DNA of 56,758 nucleotides, taken from Malacoraja senta (lineage: Eukaryota). A program made the position numbers and the translations under genes. A model generated the notes under the pieces. It saw only the letters and a program-made list of their open reading frames with translations. It did not search any database and was not told where the DNA came from. Below, piece by piece: positions 9,846 to 22,900 of this stretch. The stretch covers positions 1 through 56,758 of the forward strand of contig JAXLNO010000115.1 of NCBI GenBank assembly GCA_038087875.1. The letters run 5' to 3'. Position 1 is the stretch's first letter, and every line of letters starts with the position of its first letter.

Positions 9846-10570
9846 TAGACAATAGGTGCAGGAGTAGAGGCCATTCGGCCCTTCGAACAAGCACCGCCAT
9901 TCACTGTGATCACGGCTGATCATCCTCAATCAGTACCCCGTTCCTGCCGTCTCCCCATATCCCCTGACTCCGCTATCTTTAAGAGCCCTATCTAGCTGTC
10001 CCTTGAAAGTATCCAGAGAACCGGCCTCCACCGCCCTCTGAGGCAGAGAATTCCACAGACTCACAACTCTGGGTGAAAAAGTGTTTCCGCGTCTCCGTTC
10101 TAAATGGCCGACCCCTTATTCTTAAACTGTGTGTGTGGCCCCTGGTTCTGGACTCCCCCAACATCGGGAACATGTTTCCTGCCTCTAGCGTGTGTCCAAA
10201 CCCTTAATAATCTTATATGTTTCAATGAGATCCCCTCTCATCCTTCTAAACTCCAGAGTGTACAAGCCCAGCCGCTCCATTCTCTCAGCATATGACAGTC
10301 CCGCCATCCCGGGAATTAACCTGGTGAACCTACGCTGGGCTCCCTCAATAGCAAGAATGTCCTTCCTCAAATTAGGGGATCAAAACTGTACACAATACTC
10401 CAGGTGTGGTCTCACCAGGGCCCTGTACAACTGCAGAAGGACCTCTTTGCTCCTGTACTCAACTCCTCTTGTTATGAAGGCCAACAGGCCAAAACTGCAC
10501 CCAATACTCCAGGTGTGGTCTCACCAGGGCCCTGTACAACAGCAGAAGGACCTCTTTGCTCCTATATTCG
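9846..10570 (-). mobile_element. CR1/HER1-type LINE 3' fragment
   Basis: RKDILAIEGAQRRFTRLIPGM..RGDLIETYKI..TRGH plus 3' UTR and (GACAATA)n tail split by the Helitrons. Confidence 0.9.
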
Positions 10571-10611
10571 ATTGTTTGTGTCTTCCTTAGTGAAGACAGA
10601 TCCGAAGTACA

Positions 10612-10778
10612 CCCACCAGGGACAATTTTTACATTTTCACACCAAGCCAATTAACCTACAAACCTGCACGTCTTTGGAGTGTGGGAGGAAACCGGAGATC
10701 TCGAAGAAAGCGTCACGGCGAGAACGTACAAGCTCCGTCGGGATGGAACCCAGGTCTCCGACGCCGTGAGGCGGCAAC
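10612..10778 (-). mobile_element. tRNA-derived SINE fragment (V-SINE/HE1-like)
   Basis: Minus strand has a B-box-like GGGTTCCATCCC and the body motif CCGGTTTCCTCCCACACTCCAAAGACGT. Confidence 0.65.
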
Positions 10779-10782
10779 TCAC

Positions 10783-10999
10783 CTCCACGACAGGCCTGGA
10801 TGATGAAGACTTTGGGCTTGGTCTGCAGATGGACGCACTCTTCATTATCGAACGTGTCAAAGACGTCTTCCAGATCAACGACTGCGTCATCAGATCCGAG
10901 AATCTCTCCCTCTTCCCCGTGAGCGAGGATGAAGACAAAGGAGCAACAGGCTTCAGGATTCATCTTGTCCCGATACTTCTCCAGAGAGTCCAGGATATC
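10783..10999 (-). CDS. Caspase-14-like catalytic exon (large subunit)
   Basis: Acceptor tgtcag at 11002-11000; 217 nt DILDSLEKYRDKMNPEACCSFVFILAHGEEG...KPKVFIIQACRG; donor GTGAG at 10782 (phase 1). Catalytic His (AHG) and Cys (QACRG) are intact. Confidence 0.93.
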
Positions 11000-11046
11000 C
11001 TGACAACACAGTGTGAGGGGGAAGGCACATAAATATCGTCAACGTT

Positions 11047-11358
11047 TGGTTTAGAGATACAGCGTGGAAACAGGCCCTTCGGCCCACCGGGTCCGTGCTA
11101 GCCGACCAGCGATCGCCCGTTCACACACTAGTTTAGTTTAGCGATACAAGGCGGAAACAGGAGGCAAAAGTCGGCCATCTTGAACCAGGCCCCAAACTCT
11201 CGCCCTCCGCTCCCAGCTTCAACTATTCCCTTTTTACTTCAGAGATACAGCACGGAAACAGGCCCTTCGGCCCCACCGGGTCCGTGCCGACCAGCGATCG
11301 CCCGTTCATACACTAGTTTAGAGATACAGCGCGGAAACAGGCCCTTCGGCCCCACCGA
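11047..11358 (-). repeat. Tandem copies of a short CR1/SINE 3' tail (agagatacagcg.ggaaacaggcccttcggccc)
   Basis: Three to four near-identical copies in the caspase intron; another begins at ~11625. Confidence 0.7.
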
Positions 11359-11384
11359 TGAATAAGCAGGAATGGGGAACTCAC

Positions 11385-11537
11385 CTTTCCAGGCAGATCG
11401 ATGCACTCGGTCACTTGGAACTTTAATTCCCTCAGGCAATTTGTGAGAATTGTCAGTTCATTCTCAGCTCCAGGCCTACCTTTTTTAATGCAGAGAATGT
11501 AGGCCTTTCTCGGTCCAGACATATCATACTCTTCCTC
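11385..11537 (-). CDS. Caspase-14-like exon (start of the large subunit)
   Basis: Acceptor taacag at 11540-11538; 153 nt EEEYDMSGPRKAYILCIKKGRPGAENEL...DLPGK (human CASP14 EEEKYDMSGARLALILCVTKAREGSEEDL); donor AAG|GTGAG; phase 0 at both ends. Confidence 0.9.
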
Positions 11538-11659
11538 CTGTTACACAGACCAAGATGTTCGCACAGTCAGTACAGACTTCCGGAGCCCGTGGTCAGTTCA
11601 GTTTACAGAGAAAGAGTTTAGTTTAGTTTGGAGATACAGTGCGGAAACAGGCAACAGTT

Positions 11660-11980
11660 GTGTGCAGTTTTGGTCCCCTAATTTGAGGAAGGACATTCTT
11701 GCTATTGAGGGAGCCCAGCATAGGTTCACCAGGTTAATTCCTGGGATGGCGGGACTGTCATATGCTGAGAGAATGGAGCGGCTGGGCTTGTACACTCTGG
11801 AGTTTAGAAGGATGAGAGGATATCTTATTGAAACATACAAGATTGTTAAGGGTTTGGACACGCTAGAGGCAGGAAACATGTTCCCCATGTTGGGGGAGTC
11901 CAGAACCAGGGGCCACACACACAGTTTAAGAATAAGTGGTCGGCCATTTAGAACGGAGACGAGGAAACACTTTTTCTCAC
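11660..11980 (+). mobile_element. CR1/HER1-type LINE fragment, cut at the L1 junction
   Basis: QFWSPNLRKDILAIEGAQHRFTRLIPGM..TRKHFFS, then an abrupt switch to AT-rich sequence. Confidence 0.85.
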
Positions 11981-12136
11981 ATCTTGACGGTTTTCTCTTT
12001 ATTTTTCAATTAAAAATTAAATTTATAGATTTAGCGAAGATATTAATATGGTATGTAGAGGATAATAACGTTGTGAATTCATGCTGTTTTCGGACTTTTC
12101 TGCAGGGATATGTGCTTATATATGTATGCATATGGG

Positions 12137-12170
<34 letters not shown>

Positions 12171-15100
12171 TATGTGTACATATGTATGTATGTGTGTGTG
12201 TATGTATGGGTATATATATATGTTTGCTACTCCCAAAGAAGTTATTTGATTGTCAGAAATATTCTTCTTTTTTTTTCGGGCACGGAGCTGGGAATTTTTT
12301 TTTACCAAGGCTACGGAAGTCTTTAGAATTCTATCCACGTTAGTGTGGCTATCACTAACTACACTAATTGTAGATGTAGTTTTTTTTCTTTCACCCTATA
12401 CTAACCAATTCTAACACTTTTTTCACTTTAAATATTTTTATAACTTAATGTTTGAATGGAACTACAAGACTAATTCAAGGAGATGTGTTCGGAAGAGCGA
12501 TGTATATGATTTTAAATTCATCTATTTGAGGTTCGGGAGCAGGGTCAGGTTTTATGTGTTGCACCTTCTGCTCGGTTATAGACCACCTTAGAAACAATAT
12601 GCACGATGTTATTATGACAAGAGGGGGTCAGGGAATAACATTTTGTAGTTGGAATGTCAAGGGAATCAATGAACCAATTAAGAGAGGTAAAGTTTTGGCA
12701 CATCTAAATTCAATCAAAACAGATATAATATTCCTTCAAGAAACACACCTTAAAAAGGAATCTCAACATAGACTTAAAGCTAAGTGGATCGCTGAATCAT
12801 ATCATTCCTCTTTTTCCCATAAGTCCAGAGGAGTTGCAATATTAATTCGTAAAGGAATACCTTTTACGAATTCATCAACAATAGCGGATATTGATGGTAG
12901 ATATATTATATTAGTTGGAGAGTTAAATGGAGAAAAAGTGATTCTTCTTAATGTATATGGGCCTAATTTTGATAACCCTATGTTTTTTAATAAAACATTT
13001 AATATAATTCCTGAATTTACACAATATAAATTAATAATTGGAGGAGACTTCAATTGTACATTAGATTCATACTTAGATAGATCATCAAGGCAAAAAAAAG
13101 TAAAATCTCAATCAAGTGTATTTTTAAATTCATTTATTAATACCACTAATATTAAGGATGTCTGGAGAATTGAAAATCCAACTGGACGGGAATATTCATT
13201 TTACTCACCAGTACATAAAACATACTCAAGAATAGATTATTTTTTAGTTGACTCCACGTTTATCCCATTTACTTATAACTCAAAATACCATAATATTATA
13301 ATCTCAGATCACGCACCTGTAACATTCATGATTAAATTAAATGGAATGTCCGAGAAACAAACATATTGGAGATTTAACCCACAAATTTTGAACGAAAGAT
13401 CATGCCAGGAATATATTACTAAACAGATTCAAATATATTTTGAGGTAAATGATAACCCTGACACACCTACTTCTCTTATGTGGGAAACGTTTAAAGCGTT
13501 TGTTCGAGGTGCATTAATTTCTGCTCAAGTATTTTATAATAAAGAGAACAGGATTAAACAACAAACATTGGAAAGTGAAATCAAGCAACTAGATATAGAA
13601 AATGCGAGAATGCCATCTATTTCAAAACATAATAAAATTGCTGTATTGAAATATAAATTAAACAAAATGTATTCAGAACAAGTAATAAAACTTTATCAAA
13701 AAACCAAACAATTACATTTTGAATTTGGAGACAAACCACAAAAACTATTAGCACGTCAGTTACGAAAAATGGAAGGGGAAAAAATAATTCATAAAATTAG
13801 AACAGAGACAGGAGAATTATTAAAAATGCCTAAGGACATAAATGAAAGATTTCTCCAATACTATCATAACCTTTATTCAACTAAAACTGTAACACAAACA
13901 GAAGGAATAGCAGATTTTTTACTAAAATGTAATTTAAAAGGTTTAGATTCAAATGATAGAGAATTATTAGAAAGGGAGATTACGATAAAGGATATTGAGG
14001 AGTCTATTGGCTCTTTAAAAAATGGTAAAGCAGTAGGACCAGATGGTTTAGGCTCTGAATTCTATAAAACATTTTATGACTTGCTCTCCCCACGTTTACA
14101 AAGGCTGTATGAGCATATCTATACTCAACAGAAACTTCCAGATACTTTAAATGAATCTATAATAACACTTATTCCTAAAGTTGATAAAGATCCGGAAGAT
14201 CCGGGATCATATAGAGCAATTGCACTTTTAAATACAGATCAGAAAATATTAACTAAAATACTAGCGCATAGATTAAGTACAGTGATGAATAAATTAATAC
14301 ACCCTGACCAAACAGGCTTTACAAAGGCTGTATGAGCATATCTATACTCAACAGAAACTTCCAGATACTTTAAATGAATCTATAATAACACTTATTCCTA
14401 AAGTTGATAAAGATCCGGAAGATCCGGGATCATATAGAGCAATTGCACTTTTAAATACAGATCAGAAAATATTAACTAAAATACTAGCGCATAGATTAAG
14501 TACAGTGATGAATAAATTAATACACCCTGACCAAACAGGCTTTATTCAGAAACGGTACTCATATTATAATCTAAGAAGATTATTTAATATTATTTATTCT
14601 AAGAGAATTATTAATGAAGATCTAGCAATAATCTCACTTGACGCTGAAAAAGCATTTGATCAGGTTGAATGGTCTTATTTATTTTCGGTGATGGAAAATA
14701 TGCAGCTAGGGGAGAAATTCTGCACATGGATAAAACTGTTATATACAAACCCTACGGCTAGAATATTAACAAACCAAAGGTTGTCATCTAAATTCAGCCT
14801 ATCTAGAGGTTGTAGACAAGGATGCCCGTTATCTCCATTATTATTTGCGCTTGCTATTGAGCCACTCGCAGAAAGAGTTAGGGGTCATCCGGAAATACAT
14901 GGGTATAACACAAAGGACACAGTGAATACAATTTCTCTATACGCAGATGATGTACTAATTTACATTACAAAACCAGAAATTAGTATTCCAAACTTATTAG
15001 AGCTAATAACCCAATTTGGTTCACTCTCAGGATACAGAATAAATTGGAATAAAAGTGAAATTATGCCAATAAGGGAACATAACAAGCACATAATACAACA

Positions 15101-16975
15101 ATTTCCATTTAAAATAGTAAACGAAAAATTCAAATACCTAGGCATTTACGTAACTAAGATATATACATCATTATTTAAAGCAAATTTTCCCCCATTACTG
15201 AATAAACTACATAAGAATATTCAATATTGGAAAACACTTCCTATCTCAATGGTTGGCAAAATTAATGCCATAAAAATGATTTTTTTACCGCAAATATTAT
15301 ACCTTTTTCAGACAATTCCGATATATTTGTCAAAAAACTTTTTTTTTAAATTGGATTCCATTGTTAATGATTTTATCTGGGATTATAAGAATCATAGGAT
15401 AAACAAAAGACATTTGTGTAAATCAAAAATAAATGGAGGTTTGGTTTTACCAAACTTTCTGTTTTATTTTTGGGCAGTTAACATTAAAAATATGAATTTC
15501 TGGTTGGAAGAAATAGATCAACAACCAGATTGGTTAAAAATGGAAAAGGAAGATTGTTTGCCTTTTGATATCGGTTCGATATTATTTGCTACATCTAAAT
15601 TAAACAAAAACATTTATAGGGAAAACCCTATAATATTTAGTGCTATATGAATTTGGAAACAATTAAAAAAGACATTAAAATTAGATAACTTATCACTTTT
15701 TCTCCCAATTGTGAATAACCCTTTGTTTAAGCCCTCATGGTTGGACAGGGGTTTTACACAATGGAAGAATTATGGAATTAAAAATATGGGACAACTTTAC
15801 AAGGAAGGCACTTTTCTGACATTTCAGGAGTTGCAACAGACTTATGGACTTCGAGGAAATGATTATTTCAGATATCTTGAACTCAGAGATTATGTAAAAT
15901 CGAATACTCAAAATTTTCGAATTAGAAATTCAGAAATTCTTGACGAATGTTGGAATAAACATCCTAATACAGAAAAATTAATATCTTATATATATAATAT
16001 CTTATTAGACAGTGACATTCCATCGACGGACTTACACAGACAAACATGGGAAAAATAATTCAATCAAATAATAACGAAAGATACTTGGGAAGAAAGTTTA
16101 CAACATATACATCAATGTTCATTAAATGCCAGACATTCTTTAATACAATTTAAAGTAATACATAGATTACATTATTCAAAAACAAAATTACATAAAATCT
16201 TTCAACATATCTCACCTATATGTGATAAATGTCAACATTTAGAAGCTACCTTATCTCATATGTTTGCAAACTGTATAAAAATTAAAAAATTCTGGGTAAA
16301 TATTTTTAGTATAATATCTAAAGTGACCAGCACACAAGTGGACCCGGATCCAAAATTTATAATACTCGGAACATCAGAATTAAATCAAACATTTACAACA
16401 ACACAAAGAAACTTTATTGATTATAGTATAATAACAGGAAAAAAATTAATTCTAAAATTTTGGAAAGGCCCTACGGCCCCCACAATCAAAATGTGGATTA
16501 TAGAAATGACGGAGACCTTAAACGTGGAAAGAATCAGATTTTCCCTCTTGGACAAACAGGAATTATTCGTTGGAACATGGTCTCCCTTTATTGATTATTT
16601 AAAGGGTCAGAATGGTTCAGCACGGGAACCTGACTAATGCTCGGGCTAAAAAATGGATGAAATGCTATATTCTGAAATGTACGAATATATCTCGAATGAA
16701 GTTTTTTATTTTAATAAATTTTTCCATTCTTCTTTAACTATGTCTCTTTTTTTTTTTTTTCTTTTTTTTTTTCTCTTTTTCTTCTCTCTCTTTTCTTTCT
16801 TTACCTCATCTATCTTTTTAGTTCTATCTAGTTTAAAATTAAAAAAAAAGGCAAAAGGTATTGGAGACAATGTAATAATAATTGATAATATTATCAATTT
16901 AAAAATGTAAGACTGTAATGATGTTAATAGGTTATGTACTTATCTCCAATAAAAAATATTTTCAAAAAAAAGAAA
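11981..16975 (+). mobile_element. 5'-truncated L1-clade LINE (AT-rich leader, disrupted ORF2, 3' UTR, poly-A)
   Basis: No ORF1 seen; ORF2 with endonuclease, RT and CCHC; T-rich 3' UTR; AATAAA near 16948 and an A-tail at ~16963-16975. The 5' boundary is approximate. Confidence 0.9.
12554..16637 (+). pseudogene. L1 ORF2 (EN-RT-CCHC) inactivated by a 223-bp duplication and two nonsense codons
   Basis: SWNVKG, LQETH, GGDFN, SRIDY, SDH; DAEKAFD, RQGCPLSP, YADD; CDKC..HMFANC. The ORFs at 14505, 15711 and 16260 share one frame, separated by TGA at 15648 and TAA at 16056. Confidence 0.93.
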
Positions 16976-19900
16976 ATGGAAAAGGTGGATTGCTTTGAAA
17001 ATGCCAAAAGGTTTGCTTTGAAAATGCAAAACGTGGTTTGCTTTGAAAATGGAAAACGTGATTTGCTTTGAAAATGCAAAAGGTGGTTTGCTTTGAAAAA
17101 GCAAAAGGTGGTTTGCTTTGAAAAAGCAAAAGGTGGTTTGCTTTGAAAATGCAAAAAGGTTTTCTTTAAAAATGCAGTAGATGGTTTGCTTTGAAATTTG
17201 AAAAGGTGGTTTGCTTTGAAAATACAAAAGGTGGTTTGCTTTGAAAATGCCATAGGTGGCTTTCTTTTAATATGGAAATGGTGGTTTGCTTTGAAAATGC
17301 AAAAGGTTGTTTGTCTTTACTATGTAAAAGGTGGTTTGCTTTGAAAATGCAAATGGTGGTTTGCTTTGAAAATGCAAAGGGTTTGCTTTGAAAATGCAAA
17401 TAGTGGTTTGCTTTGAAGGGCAAATGGTGGTTTGCTTTGAAAATGCAAAAGGTGGTTTTCTTTGAAAATGAAAAAAAGGTTGTTTGCTTTTAAAATCAAA
17501 AGGTTTGCTTTGAAATGCAAAGGGTTTACTTTGAAAATGCAAAAGGTTTGCTTTGAAAATGCAAAAAGTGGTTTGCTTTGAAGGGAAAATGGTGGTTTGC
17601 TTTGAAAAAGCAAAAGGTGGTTGCTTAGAAGATGCAAAAGGTGGTTTGCTTTGAAAATGCAAAAGGTGGTTTGCTTTTAAAATGCAAAATGTGGTTTGCT
17701 ATAAAAACGCCAAAAGGAGGTTTGCTTTGAAAATGCAAAAGTTGGTCTGCTTTGAAAATGCAAAAGGAGGTTTACTTTGAAAATGCTAAAGGTGGTTTGC
17801 TTTGAAAATGCAAATGGTGGTTTGCTTTGAAAATGAAAAAGTGGTTTGCTTTCAAAATGCAAAGTGTTTACTTTGAAAATGCAAAAGGCGGTTTGCTTTG
17901 AAGGGCATATGGTGGTTTGCTTTGAAAACGCAAAAGGTGGTTTGATTTGAAAATGAAAAAAAGGTGGTTTGCTTTTAAAATCAAAAGGTTTGCTTTGAAA
18001 ATGCAAAGGGTTTACTTTGAAAATGCAAAAGGTTTGTTTTTGAAAATGCGAATAGTGGTTTGCTTTGAAAAAGCAAAAGGTGGTTGCTTTGAAGATGCAA
18101 AAGGTGGTTTGCTTTGAAAATGCAAAAGGTGGTTAGCTTTTAAAATGCAAAAGGTGGATTGCTGGTTTGCATTGAAAATGCAAAAGGGAGTTTGCTTTGA
18201 AAATGTAAAAGGTGGTGTGCTTTGAAAATGCAAAAGGTGGTTTGCTTTGAAAATGCAAAAAGGTTTGCTTTAAAAAAGCAGTAGATGGTTTGCTTTGAAA
18301 ATGGAAAAGGTGGTTTGAAAATGCAAAAGGTGGTTTCCTTTGAAAATGCAAAAAGGTTTGCTTTAAAAATTCAGTAGATGGTTTGCTTTGAAAATGCAGT
18401 AGATGGTTTGCTTTGAAAATGCAAAAGGTGGTTTGCTTTGAAAATGCAAAAGGTCGTTTGCTTTGAAAATACAAAAGTCGTTTGCTTTTAAAATGCAAAA
18501 GGTGGTTTGCTGGTTTGCATTGAAAATGCAAAAGCTGCGTTTTAATGGAAATGCAAAATGTGGTTTGCTTTGAAAATGCAAAAGATGGTAAGCTTTGAAA
18601 ATGCAAAAAGGTTTGCTTTAAAAAAGCAGTAGATGGTTTGCTTTGAAAATGGAAAAGGTGGATTGAAAATGCAAAATGTGGTTTCCTTTGAAAATGCAAA
18701 AAGGTTTGCTTTAAAAATGCAATAGATGGTTTGCTTTGAAAATGGAAAAGGTGGTTTTCTTTGAAAATGCAAAAGGTGGTTTCCTTTGAAAATGAAAAAG
18801 GTGGTTTGCTTTGAAAATTCAAAAAGGTTTGCTTTAAAAAAGCAGTAGATGGTTTGCTTTGAAAATGGAAAAGGTGGTTTGAAAATGCAAAAGGTGGTTT
18901 CCTTTGAAAATGCAAAAGGAGGTTTGCTTTGAAAATACAAAAGGTCGTTTGCTCTGAAAATGCAAAAGGTCGTTTGCTTTTAATATGCAAAAGGTCGTTT
19001 GCTTTGAAAATGCAAAAGATTGTTTGCTTTCAAATTGCAAAAAAAGTGGTTTGCTTTGAAAATGCAAAAGTGGTTTGCTTTGAAAATACAAAACGTGGTT
19101 TGATTTGAAAATGCAAAAAGTGGCTTTGTTTTAATATGCAAATGGTGGTTTGCTTTGAAAATGCAAAAGGTGGTTTGCTTTTAAAATGCAAAAGGTGGTT
19201 TGGTTTGAAAATGCAAATGTTGGTTTTCAATGAAAATGTAAAAGGTGGTTTGCTTTGAAAATGCAAAAGGTGGTTTGGTATAAAAATGCCAAAATGTGGT
19301 TTGCTTTGAAATGTAAAAGGTGGTTTGCTTTGAAAATGCAAACGATCGTTTGCTTTGAAAATGCAAAAGGTGGTTTGCTGGATTGCATTGAAAATGCAAA
19401 AGCTGCGTTTTAATGGAAATGCAAAATGTGGTTTGCTTTGAAAATGCAAAAGATGGTATGCTTTGAAAATGCAAAAAGGTTTGCTTTAAAAAAGCAGTAG
19501 ATGGTTTGCTTTGAAAATGGAAAAGGTGGATTGAAAATGCAAAATGTGGTTTCCTTTGAAAATGCAAAAAGGTTTGCTTTAAAAATGCAATAGATGGTTT
19601 GCTTTGAAAATGGAAAAGGTGGTTTTCTTTGAAAATGCAAAAGGTGGTTTCCTTTGAAAATGCAAAAGGTGGTTTGCTTTGAAAATTCAAAAAGGTTTGC
19701 TTTAAAAAAGCAGTAGATGGTTTGCTTTGAAAATGGAAAAGGTGGTTTGAAAATGCAAAAGGTGGTTTCCTTTGAAAATGCAAAAGGAGGTTTGCTTTGA
19801 AAATACAAAAGGTCGTTTGCTCTGAAAATGCAAAAGGTCGTTTGCTTTTAATATGCAAAAGGTCGTTTGCTTTGAAAATGCAAAAGGTTGTTTGCTTTGA

Positions 19901-22900
19901 AATTGCAAAAAAGTGGTTTGCTTTGAAAGTGCAAAAGTGGTTTGCTTTGAAAATACAAAACGTGGTTTGATTTGAAAATGCAAAAAGTGGCTTTGTTTTA
20001 ATATGCAAATGGTGGTTTGCTTTGAGAATGCAAAAAGTGGTTTGCTTTTAAAATGCCAAAGTTGGTTTGGTTTGAAAATGCAAATGTTGGTTTTCAATGA
20101 AAATGTAAAAGGTGGTTTGCTTTGAAAATGCAAAAGGGGTTTGGTATAAAAATGCCAAAATGTGGTTTGCTTTGAAAATGTAAAAGGTGGTTTGCTTTGA
20201 AAATGCAAACAGTCGTTTGCTTTGAAAATGCAAAAGGTGGTTTGCTGGTTTGCATTGAAAATGCAAAAGCTGCGTTTTAATGGAAATGCAAAATGTGGTT
20301 TGCTTTGAAAATGCAAAAGATGGTATGCTTTGAAAATGCAAAAAGGTTTGCTTTAAAAAAGCAGTAGATGGTTTGCTTTGAAAATCGAAAAGGTGGATTG
20401 AAAATGCAAAATGTGGTTTCCTTTGAAAATGCAAAAAGGTTTGCTTTAAAAATGCAATAGATGGTTTGCTTTGAAAATGCTAAAGGTGGTTTGCTTTGAA
20501 AATAAAAAAGGTGGTTTGCTTTGAAAATGCAAAAGGTGGTTTGCTTTGAAAATGCAAAATAAGGTTTGCTTTAAAAATGCAGTAGATGGTTTGCTTTGAA
20601 AATAGAAAAGGTGGTTTGCTTTGAAAATGCAAAAGATGGTTTGCTATGAAATTGCAAAAAAGTGGTTTGCTTTGAAAATGCAAAAGGTGGTTTGCTTTGA
20701 AAATACAAAACGTTGTTTGATTTGAAAATGCAAAAAGTGGCTTTCTTTTAATATGCAAATGGTGGTTTGCTTTGAAAATGCAAAAGGTGGTTTACTTTGA
20801 AAATGCAAAAGGTGGTTTGCTTTGAAAATGCAAATGTTGGTTTTCATTGAAAATGTAAAAGGGGGTATGCTTTGAAAATGCAAAAGGTGGTTTGGTATAA
20901 AAATGCAAATGGTGGTTTGCTTTGAAAATGCAAAAGGAGGTTTGCTTTGAAAATGAAAACGGTCGTTTGCTTTTAAAATGCAAAAGGTGGTTTGCTGGTT
21001 TGCATTGGAAATGCAAAAGCTGTTTTTTAATGGAAATGCAAAAGGTGGTTTGCTTTGAAAATGCAAAAGATGGTATGCTTTGAAAATGCAAAAAGGTTTG
21101 CTTTAAAAAAGCAGTAGATGGTTTGCTTTGAAAATGGAAAAGGTGGATTGAAATTGCAAAAGGTGGTTTCCTTTGAAAATGCAAAAAGGTTTGCTTTAAA
21201 AATGCATTAGATGGTTTGCTTTGAAAATGGAAAAGGTGGTTTGCTTTGAAAATGCAAAAGGTGGTTTGATTTGAAATTGCAAATGTGTGGTTTGCTTTGA
21301 ACATGCAAAAAAAGGTGGTCTGCTTTGAAAATGCTAAAGGTGGTTTGCTTTGAAAATGCATCAGGTGGTTTGCTTTGAAAATGCAAAAGGTGGTTTGCTT
21401 TGAAAATGCAAAAGGAGGTTTGCTTTGAAAATGCAAAAGGTCGTTTGCTCTGAAAATGCAAAAGGTCGTTTGCTTTTAATATGCAGAAGGTCGTTTGCTT
21501 TGAAATTGCAAAACGTGGTTTGCTTTGAAAATGCAAAAAGTGGCTTTGTTTTAATATGCAAATGGTGGTTTGCTTTGAAAATGCAAAAGGTGGTTTACTT
21601 TTAAAATGCAAAAGGTGGTTTGGTTTGAAAATGCAAATGTTGGTTTTCAATGAAAATGTAAAAGGTGGTTTGATTTGAAAATGCAAAAGGTGGTTTGGTA
21701 TAAAAATGCCAAAAAGTGGTTTGCTTTGAAAATGTAAAAGGTGGTTTGCTTTGAAAATGCAAAAGGTGGTTTGCTGGTTTGCATTGAAAATGCAAAAGCT
21801 GCTTTTTAATGGATATGTAAAAGGTGGTTTGCTTTGAAAATGCAAAAGGTGGTTTGCTTTGAAATGCAAAAGGTGGTTTGCTTTGAAAATGCAAAAAGGT
21901 TTGCTTTAAAAATGCAGTAGATGGTTTGCTTTGAAAATGCAAAAGATGGTTTGCTTTGAAATTGCAAAAAAGTGGTTTGCTTTGAAAATGCAAAAGGTGA
22001 TTTGCTTTGAAAATACAAAACGTTGTTTGCTTTGAAAATTCAAAAGGTGGTTTGCTTTTAAAATGCAAAAGGTGGTTTGCTTTGAAAATGCAAATGTTGG
22101 TTTTCATTGAAAATGTAAAAGGTGGTTTGCTTTGAAAATGCAAAAGGTGGTTTGGTATAAAAATGCCAAAAAGTGGTTTGCTTTGAAAATGCAAAAGGTA
22201 GTTTGCTTTGAAAATGCAAACGGTCGTTTGCTTTGAAAATACAAAAGGTCGTTTGCTTTTAAAATGCAAAAGGTCGTTTGCTTTGAAAATGGAAAAGGTG
22301 GTTTTCTGGTTTGCATTGAAAATGCAGAAGCTGCTTTTTAATGGAAATGCAACAGGTGGTTTGCTTTGAAAATGCAAAAGATGGTATGCTTTGAAAATGC
22401 AAAAGGTGGTTTGCTTTGAAAATGCAAAAGGTCGTTTGCTTTGAAAATGCAAAAGGTGGTTTTCTGGTTTGCAGAAGCTGCTTTTTAATGGAAATGCAAC
22501 AGGTGGTTTGCTTTGAAAATGCAAAAGGTGGTTTGCTTTGAAAATGGAAAAGGTGTTTTGCTTTGAAAATGCAAAAGGTGGTTTGCTTTGAAAATTCAAA
22601 AAGGTTTGCTTTAAAAAAGCAGTAGATGGTTTGCTTTGAAAATGGAAAAGGTGGTTTGAAAATGCAAAAGGTGGTTTCCTTTGAAAATGCAAAAGGAGGT
22701 TTGCTTTGAAAATACAAAAGGTCGTTTGCTCTGAAAATGCAAAAGTTCGTTTGCTTTTAATATGCAAAAGGTCGTTTGCTTTGAAAATGCAAAAGATTGT
22801 TTGCTTTGAAATTGCAAAAAAGTGGTTTGCTTTGAAAATGCAAAATTGGTTTGCTTTGAAAATACAAAACGTGGTTTGATTTGAAAATGCAAAAAGTGGC

